From NCBI GenBank assembly GCA_048940925.1, contig JBHLOC010000011.1, positions 1-64,000 on the forward strand: DNA of 64,000 nucleotides, given 5' to 3'. Made by a program: the position numbers and the translations under genes. Origin of the DNA: Promethearchaeota archaeon (lineage in GTDB: Archaea; Asgardarchaeota; Lokiarchaeia; Sigyniarchaeales; SOKP01). The notes beneath the pieces are model-generated. The model was not told the origin of the DNA. It searched no databases and worked only from the letters and a program-made list of their open reading frames with translations. Shown here piece after piece: positions 28,939 to 37,871 of the stretch. How positions within the stretch are numbered: the stretch's first letter is position 1; each line of letters opens with the position of its first letter.

Positions 28939-31104
28939 ATGGCTTATGTGAGTTTAGATGATGAAAATTTAGAAGTAAAAAAGGGTAAATTGGATCTAAG
29001 TTCGAGAAACATTAAGGATATAACTGAAATTAAGGGTTTAAAGAATTTTTCAGATATACAAGTTTTGTATTTTAATAAAAATGAAATTAGGGAGATTAAA
29101 GGTCTAGAAACACTCAAGAATTTACGAATCTTAGACTTAAGCGATAATTTAATTAATGAGATTAAAGGTCTAAAATTTCTTAGTAAGTTACAGTGGTTAG
29201 TTCTTAGAAATAATAAAATAACCGAGATTAAAGAATTGAATTATCTTAGAAATTTAAAAATATTAAATCTACAACATAATGAAATTACTGAGATTAATGG
29301 ATTAGAAACACTTACTAACTTACAAGAATTAATACTTAATGATAATAAAATTACGGAAATTAAAGGATTAGAATATTCAACCAATTTACAAGAGTTGGAC
29401 ATTATAAATAATCAAATTACCACAATTAAGGGATTAGATCTTCTTACTAATTTAGAACGATTATCACTTAATAAGAATCAAATTTCTAAAATTATTGGTT
29501 TGGAAAACCTAATAAACTTAAGGGAGTTGAGTCTTGCTGGAAATCAAATCACTCATATTAATAATTTAGAAAGCCTCACGAAATTAAGAGTACTAAATCT
29601 TAGTAACAACCAAATTATAGATATTAAAGGATTAGAATCCTTAGTTGGTTTAAAATTTTTAAATCTTAAAGATAACCAAATACCTGCAAAATTAATTAAA
29701 AATTTAGGTGGATTGAATCAAAAAGGTATCGCAAATAATCCACAAACATTTGTTGAATATTGTCAAAAGAGATTGGAAGCGAAAAGAGAAGAGAAGGAAA
29801 GAAAACGGGCTAATGCTATTCATTACATTAAAAAATTACCGAAGATATATAGTGAAATTACATTTGAAAAAATTATGTCAAAAACAGGGATTAATTTGGA
29901 GGAATTAGAGCACCTAATTGAGACAATGATTTTTAACAAAGAAATTAATGCCCAAATTAGTGGTACTAAATTAATTTTCAAAAGAAAGGAAGAAAAACCA
30001 TTTTCTAGATCTGAAAAAGTAACACAAATCCCTTTAACCATCAGTGAATATAGAAGTAGAAACATTGAAATATCAAGAGGTGGAGATTGGAAAATTGAAG
30101 GAAACCAGAGCGTATTTCATTATAAAGTAAAAATAAAAAATTTATCTCAGTACATTATTTCAGATATCCAAATAATTTTTGGTGATGTACCACAGGGATT
30201 AGAATTAAGAACAGAGAAATTAATTGAATTTTCAAAATTAAGCCCATATAATGTTGTTTCACCTACATACAAGTTGTATGCTACTGATAACTGTGTTGGA
30301 AGTGAAATAAAGGGCATTGTTAATTATAGTGATCATTTTGGAAAAACATATACAGTTAAGATTGAGCCATTTGAAATTCATTATGTGTGTAATTTACTTA
30401 TACCAAAGAGGATTTCTAGAGAGGAATTTGATAGAAAGATACAATTCATGCGAGGGAGAACAATGATAATTGATAGTAGCCTAAATCCAGATGAACTAAA
30501 AACCATTGTCAAAAAGAACATAGAAGAATGCAATTTTGCTTTACTTCAGGAAATTAGAGATGCCCAAAAGGAAGGATTTATGAGAATAGAAGGATTAGCG
30601 CAAGGTCTGTATGATAAACAAGATGTTGCTATATCAGTTGCTATGAGGCGATTAGAGGCGGGATCAGAGCTAAAAATCAAGACTTTAAGCGATGAATACG
30701 CAAAGACTACTGATCTTATGAGAGATATTAGTATTAAATTAGAGGATATTAAAAGTGATACTCAAAAAATTGAAGATATTATTTATTATATTGATGAATC
30801 AAAAATTAGAGAAACAATAGGTATAATTATTCAAAACCCAAAAGACTTAAAAAGAGTGATTTATAAAGTTATAAAAAATCCCGAATGGTCTGATGAAGAA
30901 AAAAATAAATGGGCAAAAATTGTAATGGAAACTCTTAATTATTATAAGGTATTTAAACCTCCACTATGGTTAAAATTCGTCCAAAAAATTACCAAAATTA
31001 CTTTAGGAGAATCTGCATCAAAAGCAATTACGAATGGAGTTGAACAATTAGTAAATTGGATAAATGGAAAAGTTGTTAAAAAAAAAATGAAAGAAATGAA
31101 TTGA
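28939..31104 (+). CDS. SDS22-like leucine-rich-repeat protein with PCI-like winged helix and adaptin-appendage-like C-terminal region
   Basis: About 10 22-aa LxxLxLxxNxIxEIKGLE repeats; YSEITFEKIMSKTG...LIETMIFNKEINAQI; beta-sandwich followed by LLIPKRISREEF. Confidence 0.8.
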   Translation: MAYVSLDDENLEVKKGKLDLSSRNIKDITEIKGLKNFSDIQVLYFNKNEIREIKGLETLKNLRILDLSDNLINEIKGLKFLSKLQWLVLRNNKITEIKELNYLRNLKILNLQHNEITEINGLETLTNLQELILNDNKITEIKGLEYSTNLQELDIINNQITTIKGLDLLTNLERLSLNKNQISKIIGLENLINLRELSLAGNQITHINNLESLTKLRVLNLSNNQIIDIKGLESLVGLKFLNLKDNQIPAKLIKNLGGLNQKGIANNPQTFVEYCQKRLEAKREEKERKRANAIHYIKKLPKIYSEITFEKIMSKTGINLEELEHLIETMIFNKEINAQISGTKLIFKRKEEKPFSRSEKVTQIPLTISEYRSRNIEISRGGDWKIEGNQSVFHYKVKIKNLSQYIISDIQIIFGDVPQGLELRTEKLIEFSKLSPYNVVSPTYKLYATDNCVGSEIKGIVNYSDHFGKTYTVKIEPFEIHYVCNLLIPKRISREEFDRKIQFMRGRTMIIDSSLNPDELKTIVKKNIEECNFALLQEIRDAQKEGFMRIEGLAQGLYDKQDVAISVAMRRLEAGSELKIKTLSDEYAKTTDLMRDISIKLEDIKSDTQKIEDIIYYIDESKIRETIGIIIQNPKDLKRVIYKVIKNPEWSDEEKNKWAKIVMETLNYYKVFKPPLWLKFVQKITKITLGESASKAITNGVEQLVNWINGKVVKKKMKEMN

Positions 31105-31118
31105 TTTTTTAAAATCTA

Positions 31119-34100
31119 TTATCTTGTGATTTCCTCATAAAGCTTTTGGATAAATCCTTCGAAATCATCTTTTGTATATTTCACGTTTAACATCTGCCAT
31201 AATAATCGAGGGATATTCTCTTCATCTTCATAGACAGGGATAATTTTCATTAATCCCTTTTTAACCATTTGATAAGCGGACTGCCATTCTCCTTTGACAG
31301 CTTCAGATTTTATCGAATTCTCTGAACAAAATAAAATAAATGCGTTGGTTTTTCTAAGAGTCTCTTCCATAAATTCTACAATATTTTGTTTGCTATCAAC
31401 TTCCCAGAATAACACTTCATTAATTTCGGGATAAAGTTGCAAACGTCTAACAATTTTTGAGACTTGAAAGTGATCAGTATCTAATGTGGAATAACTAATA
31501 AAAACATTCAGTTTCACTGCTTTTTCCTCTGTCGGTATAGCAGCTACAGCAGCTGCCTCTATAGCAAGAGCTTTAGAACTCGAGAAATATTCTCCTTGAA
31601 TCTCTTTGTTTCTAATCATATCTTGAATGACACTCTCAATTAGAGCTTCATCTAAAACACCACTTTTTTCGCTAATGTCGATGAGCTGTAAACGAGTAAA
31701 CCTTGCTCCTAGAGTAAAAATCGTCTGTTTAATTCGATTAATAGTCTCTATTTCTGATCTTTTACAGGTAACTATCATTTCTTCAGCTTTATTTTCTATA
31801 TCCATTAAATGTTGATTTTGAGCTTCCTTTTGAATCTCAACTAAGTTTTTTAATGCCATATCCAATTTATTCTCTTTAATTAAAGATTCAACGATAGAGA
31901 GTCTTTTTTGAAGTTCTTCCTGAATTAATTTCTTCTGTTGCTCAATTTCTTCTCTTTCTTTTTCTAATCTATCCTTTTCCCTCTTTTCTTCTGCTGTTAC
32001 TAATAATCCATATACTTCTTTTTTATAGACCGCGATTGCGTCTTCAGCTTTAGCAATATCTAATTCGATTTTTTCCCTATATTCATTTAAGTCATATTTC
32101 ATGGCAATTTCTTTCGATTCATTAAAGCTTGTTATTGCTTGGGATACAGTTTCTATCGCATCATTATATCTTTTTTCTTTAGCAAGTCCATTAGCTGTCT
32201 CAACGAGAGATATAGCTTTATCATAAAATTTATCAACTTTGATAGTATGAATCTTACTTCTAAAAGAATCGATTTGATCGTTTATCATAGGTATAAGATT
32301 AGAATTGAAAATATCAGCTTCTTTTTTAGCATTTCCTAATGAACTAATTGCTTTCTCATAATATTTTTTTGCTTTGCCAAGGTTACCAGCTACTATAGCC
32401 GTTGTTGCATCTTCTGTTAAAGTTTTGACTATTCTTACTATTTTTTCGTAATTCTTCATTGCTGCTGAAACCTTCTCTTCTTTTTTAATCACTGCTTTAG
32501 GTTTTTCTTCTACTAGTTTCTCTTTAACTGGCTTAGGTTTAGGAGGTTTCCTTTTCTTAGTAACCACGAAAAAAGTTACTACCGTCAATCCTGCAATGGC
32601 TCCTACTATAATGCCGATAATTAATATCAGGTTAATTGGGTGTTTGGGAAGCTTAATAACAATTTGTAGAACATTCGACTCAGTTTGTCCGTAACTATTA
32701 TAAGCAATCACAATATAATAATAATCCCCAGTTGATAATCTAGAGATAGTGTAAGGGGAAATTGCATTCTGATATTCGAGTGAAGTTATACTTGCATTTA
32801 TTTCTGAAATATACCTATGGTAAGTATATAATGAATAATTATCTGCATTGTCAGAAGAGGTCCAATCTAGTCTAATGTTGCCATCAGTATCCGGGTTGCC
32901 TGCATCGGAAGTTAATTGAAAGGAACCTGGTAGACGACTTGCGAGTGTTTGCAACCACTTTACCGTATAAAAATCAAGTCTTCCTAAAACATTGTAACTA
33001 ATTCCTTGCACATCTGCTCTATGAACTTCTTGTGCAAAATAAACATATGTTGGTATGTGGGTGCAGGATCCAGGTGTATCAAGACGCACATCATAAATAT
33101 AGGATTGCAAGTCCATCCATTTTATTAGTTGAGCATTATAGTCAGTTTCAGATACCGCATCATCTATTTGCTCTATTAAACCGCCAGGACTAGTATCGTT
33201 ATTTCGAGAAAAACAGGATTTGGAAGCTAAGTTGAATAATGGAACAATCATGCTATATGGATTAAGGTAATCAGGAGCCCAACCAATTGTACTAACATCC
33301 ATCTCCCATGGTGTTTGTTGTCCCGTATCTCTATACTGATTCCAATCTCTTTCTGTTACACTACAATTTATTCCTATTAACTTCCAGTTAGCCATGAATA
33401 AATTATTCAAATCCAAATTGAGAGTTGAATTCAAAAATTGATTTAATCTTATATTTCTTCCAAGGAGATTTGTTCCTGTCCAATCGGCCTCGTTAAGCCC
33501 CCCATAGGTTACATCCCATCCAGAAATATCTGCACCTGGCAACTGACTATTATGATCTTTCATGATTTGTCTTGCCCATTCAATGGAGGCTGTATAACCA
33601 TTATCAATAGTATAATTGTGACCCATATAAACCGAAGCATTATGACCAGCCATCGAGCGTGGTATAGCGGGGATTCCATAAGTGGCTTCTCCAGCTAGAA
33701 TCTCTTCAATCATTTTTGTAGAGTTTAACGATATAGCCATAGCCCTTCTCAACCATGAAGGATTTCGCTGCTGTTGATAATCATATGGTATTATCATTGT
33801 ACCATTCGCATATTTTGGACCACAATATATCTCAATATAATTATAAGCCATACTTTCACCAACATCCTCTACGTGCATAATTTCTGTAGCTCTAAAGCTG
33901 TCAATATATGATTTTGGTACATCTGTAACGTAATCATAAATCCCTGTTAATCCAGCATTCATTCTAGTTGACTCTTTCTCAACGATGTACCAGATCATTT
34001 CTTCAATTTCTGCTTTTCCACGCCAGTAGTTATCATAAGCATGAAAGCGAATATCAAGATCTTCTCTATAATTATCATAGATAAAAGGACCTGTACCAAT

Positions 34101-34796
34101 TATTTTGTTAGTTGTTAGGTTAAGATAATTATATTTAGGAGTAGATGAAGGAGATAAGATCGAACTAGCAGGAAAAGTTAATAAATCTAATAATGAACTA
34201 AATGGGACGTTTAAATTTATGGTAAAGTTGTAAGCGCCATCACTTTCAAAATCTTTGAAAAGATATGTACCATTTACCAAGTAATATAACTCTGATGGAG
34301 AAGCAGTCCAACAAGTCGAATTTTGAGGGAGAGTACCAGATACATTACAAAAATACATAAGCCTTTCAAAATTCCATTTAACAGCAGTAGCATTTAATGG
34401 TGTTCCATCATGGAACATTATGTTTTCTCTAATCTTAAATGAAATTCTTGTACTATTTTCCCAAATCCAGTATTCAGCAAGCAAAGGCATTATCTCATAG
34501 TTAGGATGGGATGATAAATCGTATTTAACTAATCCTTCTACAACTTGGTATTGCACATTCAATGAAGGCATATCCCAACTAGTGACAGGATCAAGTGCGT
34601 GTGGATTGAAACTAAATCCTACGATAAATGGTTTAATAGATGTATTTTGACTTGAAATAGGAATTGAGTCAAGGGAATACTGACTATTAATATTTTTATA
34701 TTTTGGATTTATTACAATTAAACTTATCGAATTTGACAAATTTGCGATTAAAATTAGAAAAATTGGGAAAAAACGCCTTATTACACTTTTATTCAT
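31119..34796 (-). CDS. Single-pass receptor-like protein: SBP family 5 ectodomain, FN3-like, TM, helical/coiled coil, PCI-like wHTH, TIR domain
   Basis: N-terminal hydrophobic signal; LDP..VEGL..PLLAE.W..FHDGTPLNATAVKWNFER..GTGPF; TM LILIIGIIVGAIAGLTVVTFFVVT-KKRK; VFISYS...FILFCSENSIKSEAVKGEW. Confidence 0.88.
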   Translation of the reverse strand: MNKSVIRRFFPIFLILIANLSNSISLIVINPKYKNINSQYSLDSIPISSQNTSIKPFIVGFSFNPHALDPVTSWDMPSLNVQYQVVEGLVKYDLSSHPNYEIMPLLAEYWIWENSTRISFKIRENIMFHDGTPLNATAVKWNFERLMYFCNVSGTLPQNSTCWTASPSELYYLVNGTYLFKDFESDGAYNFTINLNVPFSSLLDLLTFPASSILSPSSTPKYNYLNLTTNKIIGTGPFIYDNYREDLDIRFHAYDNYWRGKAEIEEMIWYIVEKESTRMNAGLTGIYDYVTDVPKSYIDSFRATEIMHVEDVGESMAYNYIEIYCGPKYANGTMIIPYDYQQQRNPSWLRRAMAISLNSTKMIEEILAGEATYGIPAIPRSMAGHNASVYMGHNYTIDNGYTASIEWARQIMKDHNSQLPGADISGWDVTYGGLNEADWTGTNLLGRNIRLNQFLNSTLNLDLNNLFMANWKLIGINCSVTERDWNQYRDTGQQTPWEMDVSTIGWAPDYLNPYSMIVPLFNLASKSCFSRNNDTSPGGLIEQIDDAVSETDYNAQLIKWMDLQSYIYDVRLDTPGSCTHIPTYVYFAQEVHRADVQGISYNVLGRLDFYTVKWLQTLASRLPGSFQLTSDAGNPDTDGNIRLDWTSSDNADNYSLYTYHRYISEINASITSLEYQNAISPYTISRLSTGDYYYIVIAYNSYGQTESNVLQIVIKLPKHPINLILIIGIIVGAIAGLTVVTFFVVTKKRKPPKPKPVKEKLVEEKPKAVIKKEEKVSAAMKNYEKIVRIVKTLTEDATTAIVAGNLGKAKKYYEKAISSLGNAKKEADIFNSNLIPMINDQIDSFRSKIHTIKVDKFYDKAISLVETANGLAKEKRYNDAIETVSQAITSFNESKEIAMKYDLNEYREKIELDIAKAEDAIAVYKKEVYGLLVTAEEKREKDRLEKEREEIEQQKKLIQEELQKRLSIVESLIKENKLDMALKNLVEIQKEAQNQHLMDIENKAEEMIVTCKRSEIETINRIKQTIFTLGARFTRLQLIDISEKSGVLDEALIESVIQDMIRNKEIQGEYFSSSKALAIEAAAVAAIPTEEKAVKLNVFISYSTLDTDHFQVSKIVRRLQLYPEINEVLFWEVDSKQNIVEFMEETLRKTNAFILFCSENSIKSEAVKGEWQSAYQMVKKGLMKIIPVYEDEENIPRLLWQMLNVKYTKDDFEGFIQKLYEEITR

Positions 34797-35233
34797 TTTC
34801 TTTACCCTTTATTTTTATAATTGAAACTAAAATGAGTTTAGATTGTTTTCAAAATTTCTGTTTAACACTATTGTATATTGTATAATATATAATTTTCATA
34901 TCATCATATATAATACTTTTTACATCATAGTCTAAAGTCTTTTAAAGTAGCCTATAAGATATAATATTCAAAACAAGGTCTCCTTAATTTTATTTAAAAA
35001 GCATGTTTCAAAATAAAGTTAAAACCAGTAGAATTAGCATCAAATGCAATTACAAATTAAGTTGAAACAGAAATAACTAAAAAAAAATCTAACGGATGAT
35101 GATATTGGTCTACATGAGATATTTTTACTACTTTCCTTATAATTTTAAAAAATACATATATATGAATCGATCCGCAGAAAAATTAGTACATATAAAAATC
35201 AAATTCAATGGGAAAGTTATTTAAAACACATTG

Positions 35234-35440
35234 CGAAAGATCTACGTCAGTCCAACCTGTAAACCGATTTTCTTTATTCCAAATACTTTCCCCATGTCTT
35301 AAAAATACAAGTTTAAACATTATATATCAATTTCTTGACTTATAATAATCGTTCTAGTAAAATACTTAAAAATTAATATTTATCTCTCTTAATTCTAATT
35401 TTTAGAAGAATTTAATGGTTTTCTTTTTGATCTTAAAATG
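35234..35440 (+). repeat. Direct repeat, right copy: orphan gpmA 5' fragment ([29 protein letters not shown] on the minus strand) plus upstream region
   Basis: Matches 28574-28780 at offset 6660. Confidence 0.95.
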
Positions 35441-35594
35441 TTATAAATGGGAACTGTTCCTTTGAAAGTTTTTGCTTGATAATTACTTTTCTTTTGAAAA
35501 CTTTAATTCGATAAGAAAGTTATTTAAAGCCATTAGAGAAATATTATTTACATTAATTAACTTTTCCAAAAATTTAAAAAAAAGAGGTTATATC

Positions 35595-36962
35595 ATGTCA
35601 GAAAATAGTAGTGTTCGAATATATACTACAAAAGATAAATTAATATGGGGACTTGCTAATTTTGGAACTTCAATCATTCAAGGTGTTTTTGCAACTACGA
35701 CAGTAATTTTTTATCATGTATTTTTGAATTTAGATCCAATTTTAATAGCACTTGCTGCTGGGATCTATTTGGTCTGGAATTCGTTAAATGACCCAATTTT
35801 TGGGTATTTATCAGATAAAACTAGAAGTAAATTAGGACGTCGCATTCCATATATGAGATTCACAGCACCTTTTCTTGCTTTAACATTTATTATATTTTGG
35901 TTCGTACCTGTAAATTTTGATCAACTTTCCATCTTTCTCTGGATGTTAATATTGATGAGTTTGTATGATACCTGTTATACTATAATTGGTTTAGTATATT
36001 CTGCGCTATTACCTGAATTGAGTGAAGATGATAAAGTAAGAGGTCAACTTCAACAATATAGTTCTATATTTTATTTAATAGGAGCAATCTTTGGTTTTAT
36101 TATCCCTGATCTTGTCAGACCTGAAGTGGGACAAACAAATTTAACATTATTTTATATTGGAATGATACTAGTTGGATTAGTTGGAGCTACGTGTGTAATA
36201 TTAACAACGTTTAGATTTAAAGAACGTCCTGAATTTACCCAAGTCGATGAACCGCTAAAGCTTGGTGCAGCAATTAAATATACTTTTAAAAGTAAAGCGT
36301 TTTTGATATTAACGGCAGCTAATTTCATGTCAGTCTTATTTCAACAGATTATTTTGAGTTACATGTTTTATTTGGCTGATTATGTTATGATGGTTTCTAC
36401 AATAATTTTATTAGCAGCTTTAGTTGGAGGGATAGTTGTTGGTGTATTCTTCACAAATATTCTTGCTGGTAGATTAGGAGTTGTTCAAGCAAATCAAATT
36501 CATCTAGGCTTCGGTGCTATCTTTTTAATAATTATACCATTTGTACCAGACATATTGATTTATATAAGTCTGTTTATTGGAGGAATTGGATTAGCTGGAC
36601 CCTTAGTATTAACAAATGTCCTTTATAGTCAAGTTACTGATGAGGATGAAATAAAATCAGGAGTTAGAAGAGAAGCTGCATTTTTCGGTACTAATGCCAT
36701 GCTTACTAAACCTGCTCAATCTGTCGCTATTGCTATCGGTCCATGGTTATTATCTCTCGCTGGATTTCTAACTGAAGAAATATCTCAACCTTCTAGTGCG
36801 ATATTTATGATAAAACTTATAATAGGACTAATTCCTGGTATTGCTATGATAATCGCTGTTATTCTTCTTATATACTATCCGCTTAAAGGAGATTATTTAA
36901 AAGAAATTCAAGAAAAAGTATTGCAAATGCATGCTGAAAAGCATGCAAAATTACAAGAATAA
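35595..36962 (+). CDS. MFS transporter, glycoside-pentoside-hexuronide (GPH) family
   Basis: WNSLNDPIFGYLSDKTRSKLGRRIPY, DEDEIKSGVRREA; ATG 35595 follows GAGG. Confidence 0.9.
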   Translation: MSENSSVRIYTTKDKLIWGLANFGTSIIQGVFATTTVIFYHVFLNLDPILIALAAGIYLVWNSLNDPIFGYLSDKTRSKLGRRIPYMRFTAPFLALTFIIFWFVPVNFDQLSIFLWMLILMSLYDTCYTIIGLVYSALLPELSEDDKVRGQLQQYSSIFYLIGAIFGFIIPDLVRPEVGQTNLTLFYIGMILVGLVGATCVILTTFRFKERPEFTQVDEPLKLGAAIKYTFKSKAFLILTAANFMSVLFQQIILSYMFYLADYVMMVSTIILLAALVGGIVVGVFFTNILAGRLGVVQANQIHLGFGAIFLIIIPFVPDILIYISLFIGGIGLAGPLVLTNVLYSQVTDEDEIKSGVRREAAFFGTNAMLTKPAQSVAIAIGPWLLSLAGFLTEEISQPSSAIFMIKLIIGLIPGIAMIIAVILLIYYPLKGDYLKEIQEKVLQMHAEKHAKLQE

Positions 36963-36980
36963 TCATATATTTCTCTTTTT

Positions 36981-37871
36981 TTAATCTTTTTTTATAAATT
37001 GGGATGTATCAAATGGTATTTTTTCATCTGTATCTACAATCCGTCTTGTGGCTTCTCTTTTAGTTTCTTCAATTGCTTTTTGAGTAGGTTGGTATTTTCT
37101 AGCTGGTTTTCCGATATATATGTAATTAGAATCTAAAATCTGATTGATATGAGTAACAGTCCAAACTCCTAGTGTAGTCCCTTTACCGACAATCGTACCA
37201 GGGGCTACGATTGAATTACCTCCTAAAACTACGTGATCTCCGATTATAACCTTTTTAATAAGGAGGTAATCAATGTTGTTTACTCTAATAATTATGCTGG
37301 AACAAATTTGTGCTCCTTGTCCAATCATTATATTATTTCCAAATTCTATAAATTCAACATCACTCCATCCATCAAACATAGTACTTTTAAAATCAGCTCT
37401 CATGTCACACATTTTAAAAGCAAAATTTGAAACCCAGGGAAAGCAAAAGTTGTTCCAAATCCAGAAAATAAATTTCTTTACAGTTACTCTAAGACAAAAA
37501 AATGAAAAATCCTTATTGTTTTTATCAGCTTTAAAAAGCCCTTCTTTAGGTTTATGGATTAATTTTAAAAATATTAGCACAAGCTTCCCTAGAAGAATAC
37601 TAGTAAGGAGATAAGTCCCCCACCAAGCCAGTACATCTATAAATATCAGAAAAATTCTCCAATGAAAGAAATTTGAATCCATAGCAAAACTAAAAAAAGA
37701 TAATATCATTGTAGTTGGAATTAAAATAGATATAATATGGAGAGATAAATATAGTAAAATGCTGGAAAAAGACCAAGTAAATGCGTTTGTTGTAATAGGG
37801 ATTTTTTTAATATCTATTGGAGCTAGATTTTCAGTTTTTATACTTGAATCTTTATTCTTCAGTGAATTCAC
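36981..37871 (-). CDS. Membrane-anchored hexapeptide-repeat (LbH) acyltransferase-like protein
   Basis: 2 TM, HKPKEGLF, then IIGDHVVLGGNSIVAPGTIVG and YIGKPA. Confidence 0.8.
   Translation of the reverse strand: MNSLKNKDSSIKTENLAPIDIKKIPITTNAFTWSFSSILLYLSLHIISILIPTTMILSFFSFAMDSNFFHWRIFLIFIDVLAWWGTYLLTSILLGKLVLIFLKLIHKPKEGLFKADKNNKDFSFFCLRVTVKKFIFWIWNNFCFPWVSNFAFKMCDMRADFKSTMFDGWSDVEFIEFGNNIMIGQGAQICSSIIIRVNNIDYLLIKKVIIGDHVVLGGNSIVAPGTIVGKGTTLGVWTVTHINQILDSNYIYIGKPARKYQPTQKAIEETKREATRRIVDTDEKIPFDTSQFIKKD

Noticed and set aside
28990-29680. Periodic 66-bp repeats as a CRISPR-like array
   Set aside because: These are coding LRR units, not identical repeats with unique spacers; no cas genes.
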